Virus record (IMG/VR): IMGVR_UViG_3300032167_007731
Source: an uncultured virus (IMG/VR IMGVR_UViG_3300032167_007731)
Lineage: Duplodnaviria > Heunggongvirae > Uroviricota > Caudoviricetes
Length of the DNA: 49,408 nucleotides
Strand: one strand, 5' to 3'
Below the pieces are notes generated by a model. That model was not told where the DNA came from. It worked only from the letters and a program-made list of their open reading frames with translations, and made no database searches. Of the stretch, positions 10,936-19,878 are shown piece by piece (position 1 is the first letter of the stretch; every line of letters starts with the position of its first letter). Both the position numbers and the translations under genes were made by a program.

Positions 10936-11235
10936 CTAAAATACTAACTTTGAAAGTCCAATTATAAACAAAACGAAAAGAAAACAAAGAACAAGTATAA
11001 TAAATATTGAACCTACACTATTGTCTGAACTTGACTTCACTTTTCTTTTCCTACCATTCTTATCAATTAACTGTTCTTCTTCAACAGCCTTACTTACCAT
11101 TTCTAAAAAATCATCTTGTGCTGAATTTCTTGCCTCAAATACTTCCAATGCACTATGGTCTTCTAAAGCATCTAATTTTTGATTTACACTATCATTCAAA
11201 TGAATACGACACTTCTTCTTCTTTACTTTTGACAT
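10936..11235 (-). CDS. Small hypothetical protein with C-terminal membrane anchor
   Basis: 99 aa, AAAGGGG RBS, hydrophobic C-terminus IFIILVLCFLFVLFIIGL; ends just upstream of the giant gene RBS. Confidence 0.75.
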   Translation of the reverse strand: MSKVKKKKCRIHLNDSVNQKLDALEDHSALEVFEARNSAQDDFLEMVSKAVEEEQLIDKNGRKRKVKSSSDNSVGSIFIILVLCFLFVLFIIGLSKLVF

Positions 11236-11292
11236 TCAACACACCCCTTTGCTTAAATTATTTCATCTTTATATTAAAATTTTTTGTTACTA

Positions 11293-11302
11293 TTTATGTC
11301 CA
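11293..11302 (-). promoter_or_regulatory. Recurring upstream motif TGGACATAAA, copy 1
   Basis: Intergenic, 58 nt before the 11235 start; similar copies at 15261, 25549, 31496, 46037. Confidence 0.45.
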
Positions 11303-11430
11303 ACTATGCTTTTTTATGCCTATTTTACATACTCATAAAACTTCCAATTAAAGGTAAAACAAAACTTAAACATAAACAAACAATTAAAAAACAAGCAACT
11401 ATTTTATAAACTACACCTGAACTTTTCTTT

Positions 11431-12165
11431 TTATTTTTCATTTTTCTTAATCTCCTTTTCTACTAATAATACCATAACTATATCTACATCTGTTTTACTT
11501 TCTAAAATAATAACAGGTTTATCTAATCTAAATGAAGTTTCCTTAACCTTTGCTAAATCTAAAAATGATTGCAAAAATTCTTTTCTTGTTTTATACTTAA
11601 AAGAATGTCTTTCATTCAAACCTATATCAACCATAGCAACAGGATAAAAATATCTCATTTGACCATTTTCACATAACTTAACTATACCTTTTTCTTTTAT
11701 TTTCACACTCATTTTCCTTAATAATGAAAAATTAGCATGTCTTAAATTATGACCTATTCCTTTATAATTACCTTTTATTATAGAGAGGTCTTTTACTATA
11801 TGGTCATCTTGTAACCCCAAGTTTAGTAACTTTTTAGCTTTTGTATCCCCTGATATAAATAATTCACCAAACATATTTTCTTTCTGTAGAAAATTGTGAT
11901 TTTTATATTTACCATCACAATACTCCATTACAGGTGAATAACAAATATCAGAAATACTTAACCAGCATTTACCCTCTTTATTTACATAATTCAATAATTT
12001 ACAATCAGTTACTATATTATTTGAAAATACAGCTAAACCATTCTTCGCTAAAAATTTCATAGCAGTCAAATTACCAATTAAAACTAATGCAAAGAATCCT
12101 AATATTAAACAAGCAACAACTATAATTATACCTGTTATAATCATTGTTAAATCTAACATAATCAA
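11431..12165 (-). CDS. Hypothetical protein with N-terminal membrane segment
   Basis: 244 aa; hydrophobic N-terminus; start overlaps the signal peptidase stop (coupled). Confidence 0.75.
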   Translation of the reverse strand: MIMLDLTMIITGIIIVVACLILGFFALVLIGNLTAMKFLAKNGLAVFSNNIVTDCKLLNYVNKEGKCWLSISDICYSPVMEYCDGKYKNHNFLQKENMFGELFISGDTKAKKLLNLGLQDDHIVKDLSIIKGNYKGIGHNLRHANFSLLRKMSVKIKEKGIVKLCENGQMRYFYPVAMVDIGLNERHSFKYKTRKEFLQSFLDLAKVKETSFRLDKPVIILESKTDVDIVMVLLVEKEIKKNEK

Positions 12166-13046
12166 TCCTCTTTTCTATCTAAACTATTCATTATTTTTGA
12201 ATACCTATATTCTATTCTATTTTTTAATCTTTGTGTAGATAATAAATTACGATGAAGTTTCATAATATTAAATCGATATTTCAAATGATTAAAAAATCCT
12301 TTTTCCTTACCTATACTATCAAACACCTCAAGTATTTTATTTATATCTAATTCATCTCTTAAATAAGGATAATATTCTTTAATTACATTTTCTGCACCTT
12401 TTTTCTCACTCTTTTTCAAAAAATAATATATACAAATATAATTATATAAAACCTTTATCAAATATATTATTCCTACTAAAAACAACGCTAATATTATATA
12501 CCCTAATAATAACTTGCCTATATTTATATTATCTAAATCTCCAAATAATATAGTTATAAATGGTGCAAATTCATTATATATTTCAGTAACAGTTCCTTTA
12601 TACATTTCAGAAGTAACTATCCAACTATCCTCTAACTTATTATTATCTCCTTTTGTTCTAAAACCTTTTGTAGATAACCCTTTTTCTCTTATTTCTTTAT
12701 TTTTAACTAATCTTACTTCATGCACTATTCTATGTGTTACCAAACCATATTCCTTAGTTTGAAACATAATTATATCACCAATTTGTAAGTCTTCAAAAGG
12801 TTTATTTTCAATCATTAACAATCCATTTACTGCAATAGTAGGTGTCATTGATTCTGATATTACAATAGAGGGTTTTTTACTACTAAACCAAGTATCATAA
12901 CTTATTCCACCATAACCTATTAAAGTGCCACCCATCCACATAACACTAACAAATATAAATACTGCTACCAATAAAGTTATAATAGAATTACAAACTTCAA
13001 AAGGTGTCATACGAATTTTAACTTTATCTTTTTTCAATATTTTCAC
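12162..13046 (-). CDS. sipW: Signal peptidase I, SipW/ER-type (S26B)
   Basis: VISESMTP (catalytic Ser), GDIIMF, VTHRIV (His rather than Lys), TKGDNN..D; flanking TM helices. Confidence 0.85.
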   Translation of the reverse strand: MKILKKDKVKIRMTPFEVCNSIITLLVAVFIFVSVMWMGGTLIGYGGISYDTWFSSKKPSIVISESMTPTIAVNGLLMIENKPFEDLQIGDIIMFQTKEYGLVTHRIVHEVRLVKNKEIREKGLSTKGFRTKGDNNKLEDSWIVTSEMYKGTVTEIYNEFAPFITILFGDLDNINIGKLLLGYIILALFLVGIIYLIKVLYNYICIYYFLKKSEKKGAENVIKEYYPYLRDELDINKILEVFDSIGKEKGFFNHLKYRFNIMKLHRNLLSTQRLKNRIEYRYSKIMNSLDRKED

Positions 13047-13108
13047 CTCAATAATTTACTTTTCTCTATCAATATATATTTTACACCTTTGATTTCCTTT
13101 TTTATGTT

Positions 13109-13149
13109 AAAAAAAGACACGTATAAGTCTATAAAAACTTACACATGTC
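13109..13149 (-). terminator. Rho-independent terminator
   Basis: Minus strand GACATGTGTAAGT-loop-ACTTATACGTGTC followed by T7, directly after the 13152 stop. Confidence 0.75.
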
Positions 13150-13151
13150 CT

Positions 13152-13991
13152 TTAACTTTTTTCATCTGTTATTTTTTGATACAGAATTAAAAACTCACCC
13201 TCTGAAACATTATTCATAATATTATTAAATTCTATACCCTCTAAATAACCTTTTAACCTAAAATATTCATATTCTCCAAAATAACTTAAAGCATAATAAT
13301 TATATAATGAAATCTCTGCGTCTGTCCACTGTGATTTTGCCTTACCTGTAATAGATATTACTTTATCAGTTATAATTTCTTTTATAATTTCTTTTTTATT
13401 TTCTTTAACATCAATCGACATTAAGACATCTAAAACAAAACCTAATGACGCATTTTTATTAAGATTTATTTCCTCTAAATCACCTACTGTTGAAAAAGCA
13501 GAATAAAAATATAACTGAGGTGGTATTAAACCTTTTTTTAATAAATCATAACCTTGTTGATTTAAATAAATCTTCAAATACCCTTGTATCAAATTAATTG
13601 CATAAGTATTTTCATTTGTTTTCTCAAATACCACTTTACCTGTTGCAATATCTCTCCACAAATTCTCCCAAGCAGTTATATCATAAACCAAATCAGAGGG
13701 AAGGCAAATAGAAGTTTCATTACAAATAACTTTTGCTTCTTCTACACTTGCTACATCCTTACCTAATATTCTACTATAAAAAACTAAAAGTTGCCCCACA
13801 GTTAAATATTCATTTGCTTCAAACCCTGACATTAAAACTGTCTCAGCACTTGAACTATTTAATTTGTCTTTTAACAACAAACTTTCAACATTACTTTCAT
13901 CACTATTTTTATATTTTATGCCTAAAATAGTTATAGATAAGGAGAGTAATAAAATTAAACAAGTAATTACAATTAAAAATCTCTTATTCAT
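13152..13991 (-). CDS. Secreted or membrane-anchored hypothetical protein
   Basis: 279 aa; MNKRFLIVITCLILLLSLSITILG N-terminus; AGGTG RBS. Confidence 0.8.
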   Translation of the reverse strand: MNKRFLIVITCLILLLSLSITILGIKYKNSDESNVESLLLKDKLNSSSAETVLMSGFEANEYLTVGQLLVFYSRILGKDVASVEEAKVICNETSICLPSDLVYDITAWENLWRDIATGKVVFEKTNENTYAINLIQGYLKIYLNQQGYDLLKKGLIPPQLYFYSAFSTVGDLEEINLNKNASLGFVLDVLMSIDVKENKKEIIKEIITDKVISITGKAKSQWTDAEISLYNYYALSYFGEYEYFRLKGYLEGIEFNNIMNNVSEGEFLILYQKITDEKS

Positions 13992-14074
13992 TTCACACCT
14001 GCTCTAATTTTCTCCAAATACTTTGATAAGGGGTTAGGAAACCCCAACCCCTCAAACCTTACCATTATGTACTA

Positions 14075-14500
14075 TTATCTCAAAAATTCGCCAACCTTAA
14101 CCATAACTTTAAAGAAATTCCAATCCCAAATCTTTTCAGGTGTAGTAAGGTTATTAGCAATTACATTGAAATAACTGATTACAAACCACGCAATCATTAC
14201 AATACCTGCTGCAAAGAAAAGATTTACAATAAATTCTTTTCTTGCCTTTTTACGAGCAAGTTTACGATTCTTTTCTCTTTCAATTCTTGCTCTCAAAATC
14301 TTATTTTCTGTTTCAAGTTCAAGATTTCTCTGTTCCAACATAAACCTATCATGATTTCTGTTTACCATATCAATTACAGAAGTATCAAAATCATAGTTAC
14401 TTTTTACTTCTTTAATCTCTTTTTCTAGCTTAATAGGCTTATTATTATTAACTTCTTGACTTTTTACCTTTTCCTTAATGTTTGTATTTTCCATTTTCAT
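14075..14500 (-). CDS. Hypothetical coiled-coil protein with one C-terminal TM helix
   Basis: 141 aa; AGGAG RBS; charged helix then FIVNLFFAAGIVMIAWFVISYF. Confidence 0.8.
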   Translation of the reverse strand: MKMENTNIKEKVKSQEVNNNKPIKLEKEIKEVKSNYDFDTSVIDMVNRNHDRFMLEQRNLELETENKILRARIEREKNRKLARKKARKEFIVNLFFAAGIVMIAWFVISYFNVIANNLTTPEKIWDWNFFKVMVKVGEFLR

Positions 14501-14558
14501 ACACTCCTATGTATTAAAATATTTTTTATTTTCCTCAAGGTTTTCACCTTATGTATAT

Positions 14559-14587
14559 ATAATACCATACTTTTTACTTTTTGTCAA
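14559..14587 (-). promoter_or_regulatory. sigmaA/sigma70 promoter with extended -10
   Basis: TTGACA (14587-14582), 17-nt spacer ending TGG, TATTAT (14564-14559). Confidence 0.8.
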
Positions 14588-14624
14588 CACTTTTTTAAAA
14601 AATTAATTTTCTTTTAATTTTAAA

Positions 14625-14656
14625 ATTAATAAAGCACAAATCTTAATCTGTGCTTT
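14625..14656 (-). terminator. Rho-independent terminator
   Basis: AAAGCACAGAT-TAAG-ATTTGTGCTTT then T-rich tract at the stop of 14656..15207. Confidence 0.65.
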
Positions 14657-15207
14657 TATGAATAACCTACTGCATAACAATCTAAATCAGTTAATTTCTT
14701 CTTAGTTGATTTATTAAAAGTATAAATGACTGCATTTCTCAAAACTTCATATTCTGCACCTTTCACATCTTGCAAAGATATATCAAGTTTTATTACTTCC
14801 TCACCATCAGTTACACCATAAGTCAATGTCTTTACCTTTTTAACATTTATATTTACTAAATCAGTTACTTTACATTTTGCAATCTCTACAAAACTTGCGT
14901 CTTCCAAAAATGTAATCCATAACATAAAATTAGTATTCCAATTCTCCAATGAATTTAAATTTTTTAATCTTGTATAAGAAGTATCAAGTATTTCCATTAA
15001 AACACTATTTTTATCAAATACCCTTATAACATCCACACCCTCTATCTTTTTACCAACTATTATCAGAGATACTTTAGAGGGGTTTAAATCTAAATTTTTG
15101 CATAAAAATAATTGCTTATTTATAGCATCAATAACTACATTCATATTCTTTTTAGTTATCTTAAACTTTTTTAAGCCATCTTCTAAATTCTTTACATCTA
15201 CAAGCAT
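14656..15207 (-). CDS. Hypothetical protein
   Basis: 183 aa with GAGGAGGG RBS; no recognised motif. Confidence 0.8.
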   Translation of the reverse strand: MLVDVKNLEDGLKKFKITKKNMNVVIDAINKQLFLCKNLDLNPSKVSLIIVGKKIEGVDVIRVFDKNSVLMEILDTSYTRLKNLNSLENWNTNFMLWITFLEDASFVEIAKCKVTDLVNINVKKVKTLTYGVTDGEEVIKLDISLQDVKGAEYEVLRNAVIYTFNKSTKKKLTDLDCYAVGYS

Positions 15208-15260
15208 TAGTTTATCCCTCCTCTTATTTTAACATAAGAAAAACTGTAGAAAAAAACTAA

Positions 15261-15270
15261 TTTATGGCCA
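15261..15270 (-). promoter_or_regulatory. Recurring upstream motif variant TGGCCATAAA
   Basis: Intergenic, 54 nt before the 15207 start; one mismatch to TGGACATAAA. Confidence 0.35.
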
Positions 15271-15282
15271 ATATTTTACTTA

Positions 15283-16395
15283 TTAGTTTAAAATTATTTC
15301 ATTATTTTTAGTTATAGGTAATATACCCATATCACCAAAATATGCAAATGTAACTTCTTCATCTATATTTATATCTAATATCAATAATAAGTTTATACTA
15401 TTTAATACAAATTCACTTATTTCCAAACCCTCTTCTATTTTTATAGGGTATTCAAAAACTAATTTAGGAACTTTTTTACACTTTTTATCTATCCATTTTA
15501 TTTCTTTAACATATCCTTTAAATGTCTTAATTTTCCAAGAACCTGCTTTAAGTATTATAATATCTTCTGTATTAGTCAATAAACGAATACCATCTGTTGT
15601 ATAATCATACATCATTTTCAAATCTTCTGCCTGATATATTGCACTTTCTAAATCATATACAAAATTACCTGACCTCTCTACTTCAAAAAAGTTAGGTACA
15701 AGAAACTCATAATTTTCAAGCATTTCATATTTATTATTCACACTATCAAATGGTATATCTTTAACATATATATCAGTAGCAATAAAATGTATTACATCTT
15801 CAAGATTTTCATTCTTTTCATCTTCTACATTTTCTGAATAATTTATATATGAAAATAAACCCTGATAAGTATTTTTTACAAAGCACAAATCTCTTATCAT
15901 ATTTATATTATCTGTTGGTAATACTATTACACCCTCTACTTCTACATATTCCATATCAACCAAATATTCATTTCTATTAGTTAATAACTCTGTCATTAAA
16001 TTTAAAAAGTCATTATTCTTAAAACTTCTACCTATTGTAAAAGCATCGACTAATTCACCATATTCATACACCAAACGAACATTTAAACCTTGTGGATTTA
16101 AATAAAATTTCAATACTTCCATATCAGAAACTTTTGGTTCTATTTCTTTTATAGATTCTTCATTTATATCTTTAACAAATATTACAGGCTTATCATTAGA
16201 AAGAACAGGAGAATTAGGTTTAAGCATAGTTAATAATTCTATACAATTATTATACGTATCGTCATCAACATAAGTCACACCACGCAAAAGTTCACTATTA
16301 TACTTAATAATAGTGTTCTCCAATTTAGTTATATAACTTTCCCTATTACCTTTATTCTCTATACAAAAATCATTTGTAAATAACAATTTTAACAT
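15283..16395 (-). CDS. NAD+-dependent DNA ligase homolog (Ia + adenylation + OB domains), catalytic Lys apparently absent
   Basis: VDDDTYNNCIELL ~ LigA SDAEYD; YLNPQGLNVRLVYEYGELVDAFTIG ~ EPKIDGLAVSLxYxxGxLVxAxTRG; VEVEGVIVLP ~ EVRGEVFMP; YTTDGI ~ YEIDGV; C-terminus resembles the OB fold; no Zn finger/HhH/BRCT. Confidence 0.7.
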   Translation of the reverse strand: MLKLLFTNDFCIENKGNRESYITKLENTIIKYNSELLRGVTYVDDDTYNNCIELLTMLKPNSPVLSNDKPVIFVKDINEESIKEIEPKVSDMEVLKFYLNPQGLNVRLVYEYGELVDAFTIGRSFKNNDFLNLMTELLTNRNEYLVDMEYVEVEGVIVLPTDNINMIRDLCFVKNTYQGLFSYINYSENVEDEKNENLEDVIHFIATDIYVKDIPFDSVNNKYEMLENYEFLVPNFFEVERSGNFVYDLESAIYQAEDLKMMYDYTTDGIRLLTNTEDIIILKAGSWKIKTFKGYVKEIKWIDKKCKKVPKLVFEYPIKIEEGLEISEFVLNSINLLLILDINIDEEVTFAYFGDMGILPITKNNEIILN

Positions 16396-16418
16396 TCTAA
16401 TACCACCTAACTAAATTA

Positions 16419-16799
16419 TTACATAAATGCCTTTTCAATATGATAATGAACCTTATAACAATATGGACAATAAACAAAAGTAATAAGTGAATTATCATAA
16501 TAATAAAATTGTTCTGGTTGTAATTTAATAATACCTGACTGCATACAACTATGTTTCCAATTATCTAATGGTGGTAATTCTTCAAATTTCACCATTTCCT
16601 TATCAGCTAAATCAATATTCAATCTTTCTCTTATAGCCCACTTTATATTATTTGGAGTAGCCTTTGGTATTTTTCCTCTGCCTGAACCACCACATCCCCC
16701 ACAAGAATTACAACTTGAACAAGAAGAGCATGAACTACAAGACGCACAAGAAGAACAAGCACTACAAGAAGTACAACTACTACAACCCATATCAAACAT
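16419..16799 (-). CDS. Cys/Ser-rich protein with (Cxx)11 N-terminus and a CPYC motif
   Basis: GGGAGG RBS; CSSCTSCSACSSCASCSSCSSCSSCNSCGGCGG; later HSC and YCPYC. Confidence 0.75.
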   Translation of the reverse strand: MFDMGCSSCTSCSACSSCASCSSCSSCSSCNSCGGCGGSGRGKIPKATPNNIKWAIRERLNIDLADKEMVKFEELPPLDNWKHSCMQSGIIKLQPEQFYYYDNSLITFVYCPYCYKVHYHIEKAFM

Positions 16800-16822
16800 A
16801 ATAAAAACCTCCCAACAAAATT

Positions 16823-17689
16823 TTATTTTGTTTTTGTTATCATCAAATAACTATAAGGAGTATCAGTATTTAATTTTTTAGTTAAAGCTAATACACCTAA
16901 CTTCATATTATTTACTTTAATAATATAAATATTATCATCCTTATCATCTCTAACTATTTTCTGCTTAAACAAATACAAAACATCTCTTACTTCTTTAGTC
17001 CAATCAACACTTTCTATTTGTCTATCAGGATATTTTTTTACTAATTTTTCTAAATATTTATCTGTTTTAACACCTATATCTTCAAACTGTTTTATAGTAT
17101 AACCACGCTTTAAATCCTTTTTTAATACTGCATCAGTTTTAGAAACTTCCCCTAATACTTTATCCCTAAATATTACAGCCACAGCCATACCCAAAGCATC
17201 ATAAATATCTTGCTTTACATCCTCATTAAAGCCTAACTCCACCATACAATTATGAATTAAAACTTTATCTTCTTCTTTCTTAATTTCACCCTCATAATTT
17301 GAAGCTTGTTTCAAATATTTTTTCCACTTTTTATTATCTATTCTTTTTATTTCACCAACTGATACTAAATTATATTCTTTTAAATCATCTATAATACTAT
17401 TTAACTGAATTAAACCTTTTGTTGTCTTAAAATTAGTACCAGCAATAACATCCTCTACTACAACCAAAGGTATTTCCATATTACCTATTAAATCTACTAA
17501 AAACTCACGAAATTCCCTTCTACGACCTAACTCATCTTGACTTTCAATACTATAAGTACCATATTGAACTTCACCATTTATGCATAAAACCCAACCTGTA
17601 CTTCTTACAGATATATCAAGACTTAAAAAAGTAGGCTCCATTTTTATAAAATCTTTATAAGTAACTTTACTATTAACCATTAGACTCAC
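16823..17689 (-). CDS. RuvC-like Holliday junction resolvase with C-terminal extension
   Basis: RNase H-fold acidic motifs LSLDISVRSTGW, VVVED, WKK, DIYDALGMA. True start may be the ATG at 17680. Confidence 0.8.
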   Translation of the reverse strand: MSLMVNSKVTYKDFIKMEPTFLSLDISVRSTGWVLCINGEVQYGTYSIESQDELGRRREFREFLVDLIGNMEIPLVVVEDVIAGTNFKTTKGLIQLNSIIDDLKEYNLVSVGEIKRIDNKKWKKYLKQASNYEGEIKKEEDKVLIHNCMVELGFNEDVKQDIYDALGMAVAVIFRDKVLGEVSKTDAVLKKDLKRGYTIKQFEDIGVKTDKYLEKLVKKYPDRQIESVDWTKEVRDVLYLFKQKIVRDDKDDNIYIIKVNNMKLGVLALTKKLNTDTPYSYLMITKTK

Positions 17690-18266
17690 TAACTTCCTTC
17701 TTTTCTGCTAAATATCCACTCAATCTTAAATCCAATTTATAATATAATTGAGCTGCCTGTTCACCCATTATATAAGGACTTCTATCTATATTTGCCTTAA
17801 CCTGATTATTAAATGTTCTAAATCCTGCAACAGACATATTTTTCATATCATAAGGATTTGAATTATACTGTTCTCTACTATTCTTTTTCCTTGCAATATC
17901 AAAAACACTTTCTACCTTTGCTTCACCTGTTTCATCTAATTCAAGTTCAACACCATACATTTGAGCTAATTCTTTAACAGCAGTATTTTTATCTACATAT
18001 CTCTTATGAAACTCTTTTTGCCAAAGCATATGCATACGAATTACATTACCAGAAGTCTTACAACCAAAACAGTGAAAAGCCTTTTTCTCTCTCCAAAAAT
18101 GAAAAGAAGGGTCTGTATCACTATGAAAAGGACAAATACCTGAAGGCCTCTCTGCTGAAATAGGTCTAAACCCCTGTTTATTTGGAACTATATTATCATT
18201 ATAATATTGAGGAATACTTACATTATCAACTATTTTTTGTTCATTTACACTTAAAGTAAAAGCCAT
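17673..18266 (-). CDS. Stand-alone CHC2 zinc-finger protein (DnaG primase Zn-binding domain)
   Basis: CPFHSDTDPSF...FHCFGCKTSGNVI...AVKELAQMYGVEL; no TOPRIM domain follows. Confidence 0.85.
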   Translation of the reverse strand: MAFTLSVNEQKIVDNVSIPQYYNDNIVPNKQGFRPISAERPSGICPFHSDTDPSFHFWREKKAFHCFGCKTSGNVIRMHMLWQKEFHKRYVDKNTAVKELAQMYGVELELDETGEAKVESVFDIARKKNSREQYNSNPYDMKNMSVAGFRTFNNQVKANIDRSPYIMGEQAAQLYYKLDLRLSGYLAEKKEVSESNG

Positions 18267-18274
18267 ATTATCAC

Positions 18275-18601
18275 CTAACTAAATATCAATTTTTTCTTCA
18301 TATTCTTTTTAAACACAGAATACAAATTACTACTATTTAAATTTCTTTCTTCTACATAATCACTACAATAAAAACCAAGCAAATTACTTATGTTTACAAA
18401 ATCAACCTTAAAAACATCTGGTAATTCAAACATAACCATATAAGCACCTGCTTCCATAGTCCATTCATAATGAGTATCTGATATATTATCAGCCAACTTC
18501 ATACAAACAGAACTTAAATTATTTTCAGCAAATCTTTTAGTTACCATCAATATTTCAGAATCTTTTACCTTTATACATTTATTTATTGTTTGATATTCCA
18601 T
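18275..18601 (-). CDS. Hypothetical protein
   Basis: 108 aa, AGGTG RBS, tightly packed in the operon. Confidence 0.7.
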   Translation of the reverse strand: MEYQTINKCIKVKDSEILMVTKRFAENNLSSVCMKLADNISDTHYEWTMEAGAYMVMFELPDVFKVDFVNISNLLGFYCSDYVEERNLNSSNLYSVFKKNMKKKLIFS

Positions 18602-18622
18602 TTTAGATTCACCTACTTTTCT

Positions 18623-19237
18623 TTATTTACTTATTCTTATTGTTAAAAATACAGCATTTGTACTATTTGCAATATCCATACCATTATAAAATACTGACAT
18701 ATTCTTCTGTGATAACAACTGATTTAATTCAAAAAAGCCATCTTGTGTATTTACATAAATAGTCATTTTATCACGAAGTTTAACAATCTCTTTTAATGCC
18801 TCCTGTAAAGTCAAAGAAAATGCAGGATATTCTATACCATTAACTCTTACTTTATGAAGATTATTACAAGAATATAAACCAATATTATACTCCACATAAG
18901 AACCACAATCATTCATATACTTTGAAGAACCTCTTAAAACTTCTGTTAAAAATTTCTGAAATTCTGGTACTTCTACTTTTAATCTATTAGAATACTTATT
19001 CACTACATCTTGAGATACTTGTTCTACTCTACGAATAGTCTCTAATAAATAATTATAATCACAAAAAACTATAGAACCATTATTTACTTTTGTTTTCTTT
19101 ACAGTAGGTTCACTATTTAATACATTCATAATATCATCATATTCTGAATTACTTTCTAATACAAAACCCCAATTTCCACCATTATAAAATGATGAAGAAG
19201 CCACAACAGCAGCCATATTTACAGCAGTATTATTCAT
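18623..19237 (-). CDS. Hypothetical protein
   Basis: 204 aa, AAGGGG RBS. Confidence 0.75.
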   Translation of the reverse strand: MNNTAVNMAAVVASSSFYNGGNWGFVLESNSEYDDIMNVLNSEPTVKKTKVNNGSIVFCDYNYLLETIRRVEQVSQDVVNKYSNRLKVEVPEFQKFLTEVLRGSSKYMNDCGSYVEYNIGLYSCNNLHKVRVNGIEYPAFSLTLQEALKEIVKLRDKMTIYVNTQDGFFELNQLLSQKNMSVFYNGMDIANSTNAVFLTIRISK

Positions 19238-19258
19238 AAATTACACCCCTTTTATAAT

Positions 19259-19858
19259 TTATAACCAACGAATAATTGGTTCACCTTCATACCCTTTTTC
19301 AAATATAAACCACGCAAAACACATTGTACTACTCCATTTTTTACCATTCTCATTCAATGGATTACCATTCATCCAAGGTGCCTGTCTTGCTCTAAACACA
19401 TATACATATTTCAATGGTGCTTTTTCAAAAAATTCTTGTCTGCCTGTTCCCTCTAAAAATTGAACTTTTAAGAACATAGCAACTTTTCCACCATCTTTAA
19501 CTAAATCAAGACTTTTTTCAATAAAACTTTGTGCCAAAACAAAAGGTGGATTTGTTATTACATTATCAAACTTCACTTCTGAATTATATGTAAGAAAATC
19601 TATTCCACCTATTCCATAACCCCTATCAACTAAATCAATAGCAGTTATTTTAGCATTTGGATAATATTCTTCAATAACCTTTGCTATATGTCCCTGTCCA
19701 CAACAAGGTTCCAAAAACAAATCACCATCAAATTTAACATTATCTAATAAAGCCTTTGTACTCTTTGGGTCAGTAGCATAAAAATCATTCTCTACTCTAC
19801 CCCTTTCAGGATTTCCACCTGCCAATTTACCACCTGCTAAATATTTACTTTCACTCAT
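19259..19858 (-). CDS. Orphan amino (N6-adenine-type) DNA methyltransferase, phage/plasmid type
   Basis: DFYATDP, LEPCCGQG (SAM motif I), VITNPPF (motif IV). Confidence 0.85.
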   Translation of the reverse strand: MSESKYLAGGKLAGGNPERGRVENDFYATDPKSTKALLDNVKFDGDLFLEPCCGQGHIAKVIEEYYPNAKITAIDLVDRGYGIGGIDFLTYNSEVKFDNVITNPPFVLAQSFIEKSLDLVKDGGKVAMFLKVQFLEGTGRQEFFEKAPLKYVYVFRARQAPWMNGNPLNENGKKWSSTMCFAWFIFEKGYEGEPIIRWL

Positions 19859-19878
19859 TACTCATATACTCCTTTTCT

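Noticed and set aside
14029..14052. GC-rich hairpin AGGGGTTGG/CTAACCCCT after the 141-aa gene
   Set aside because: No U-tract follows, so not called a terminator; function unclear.
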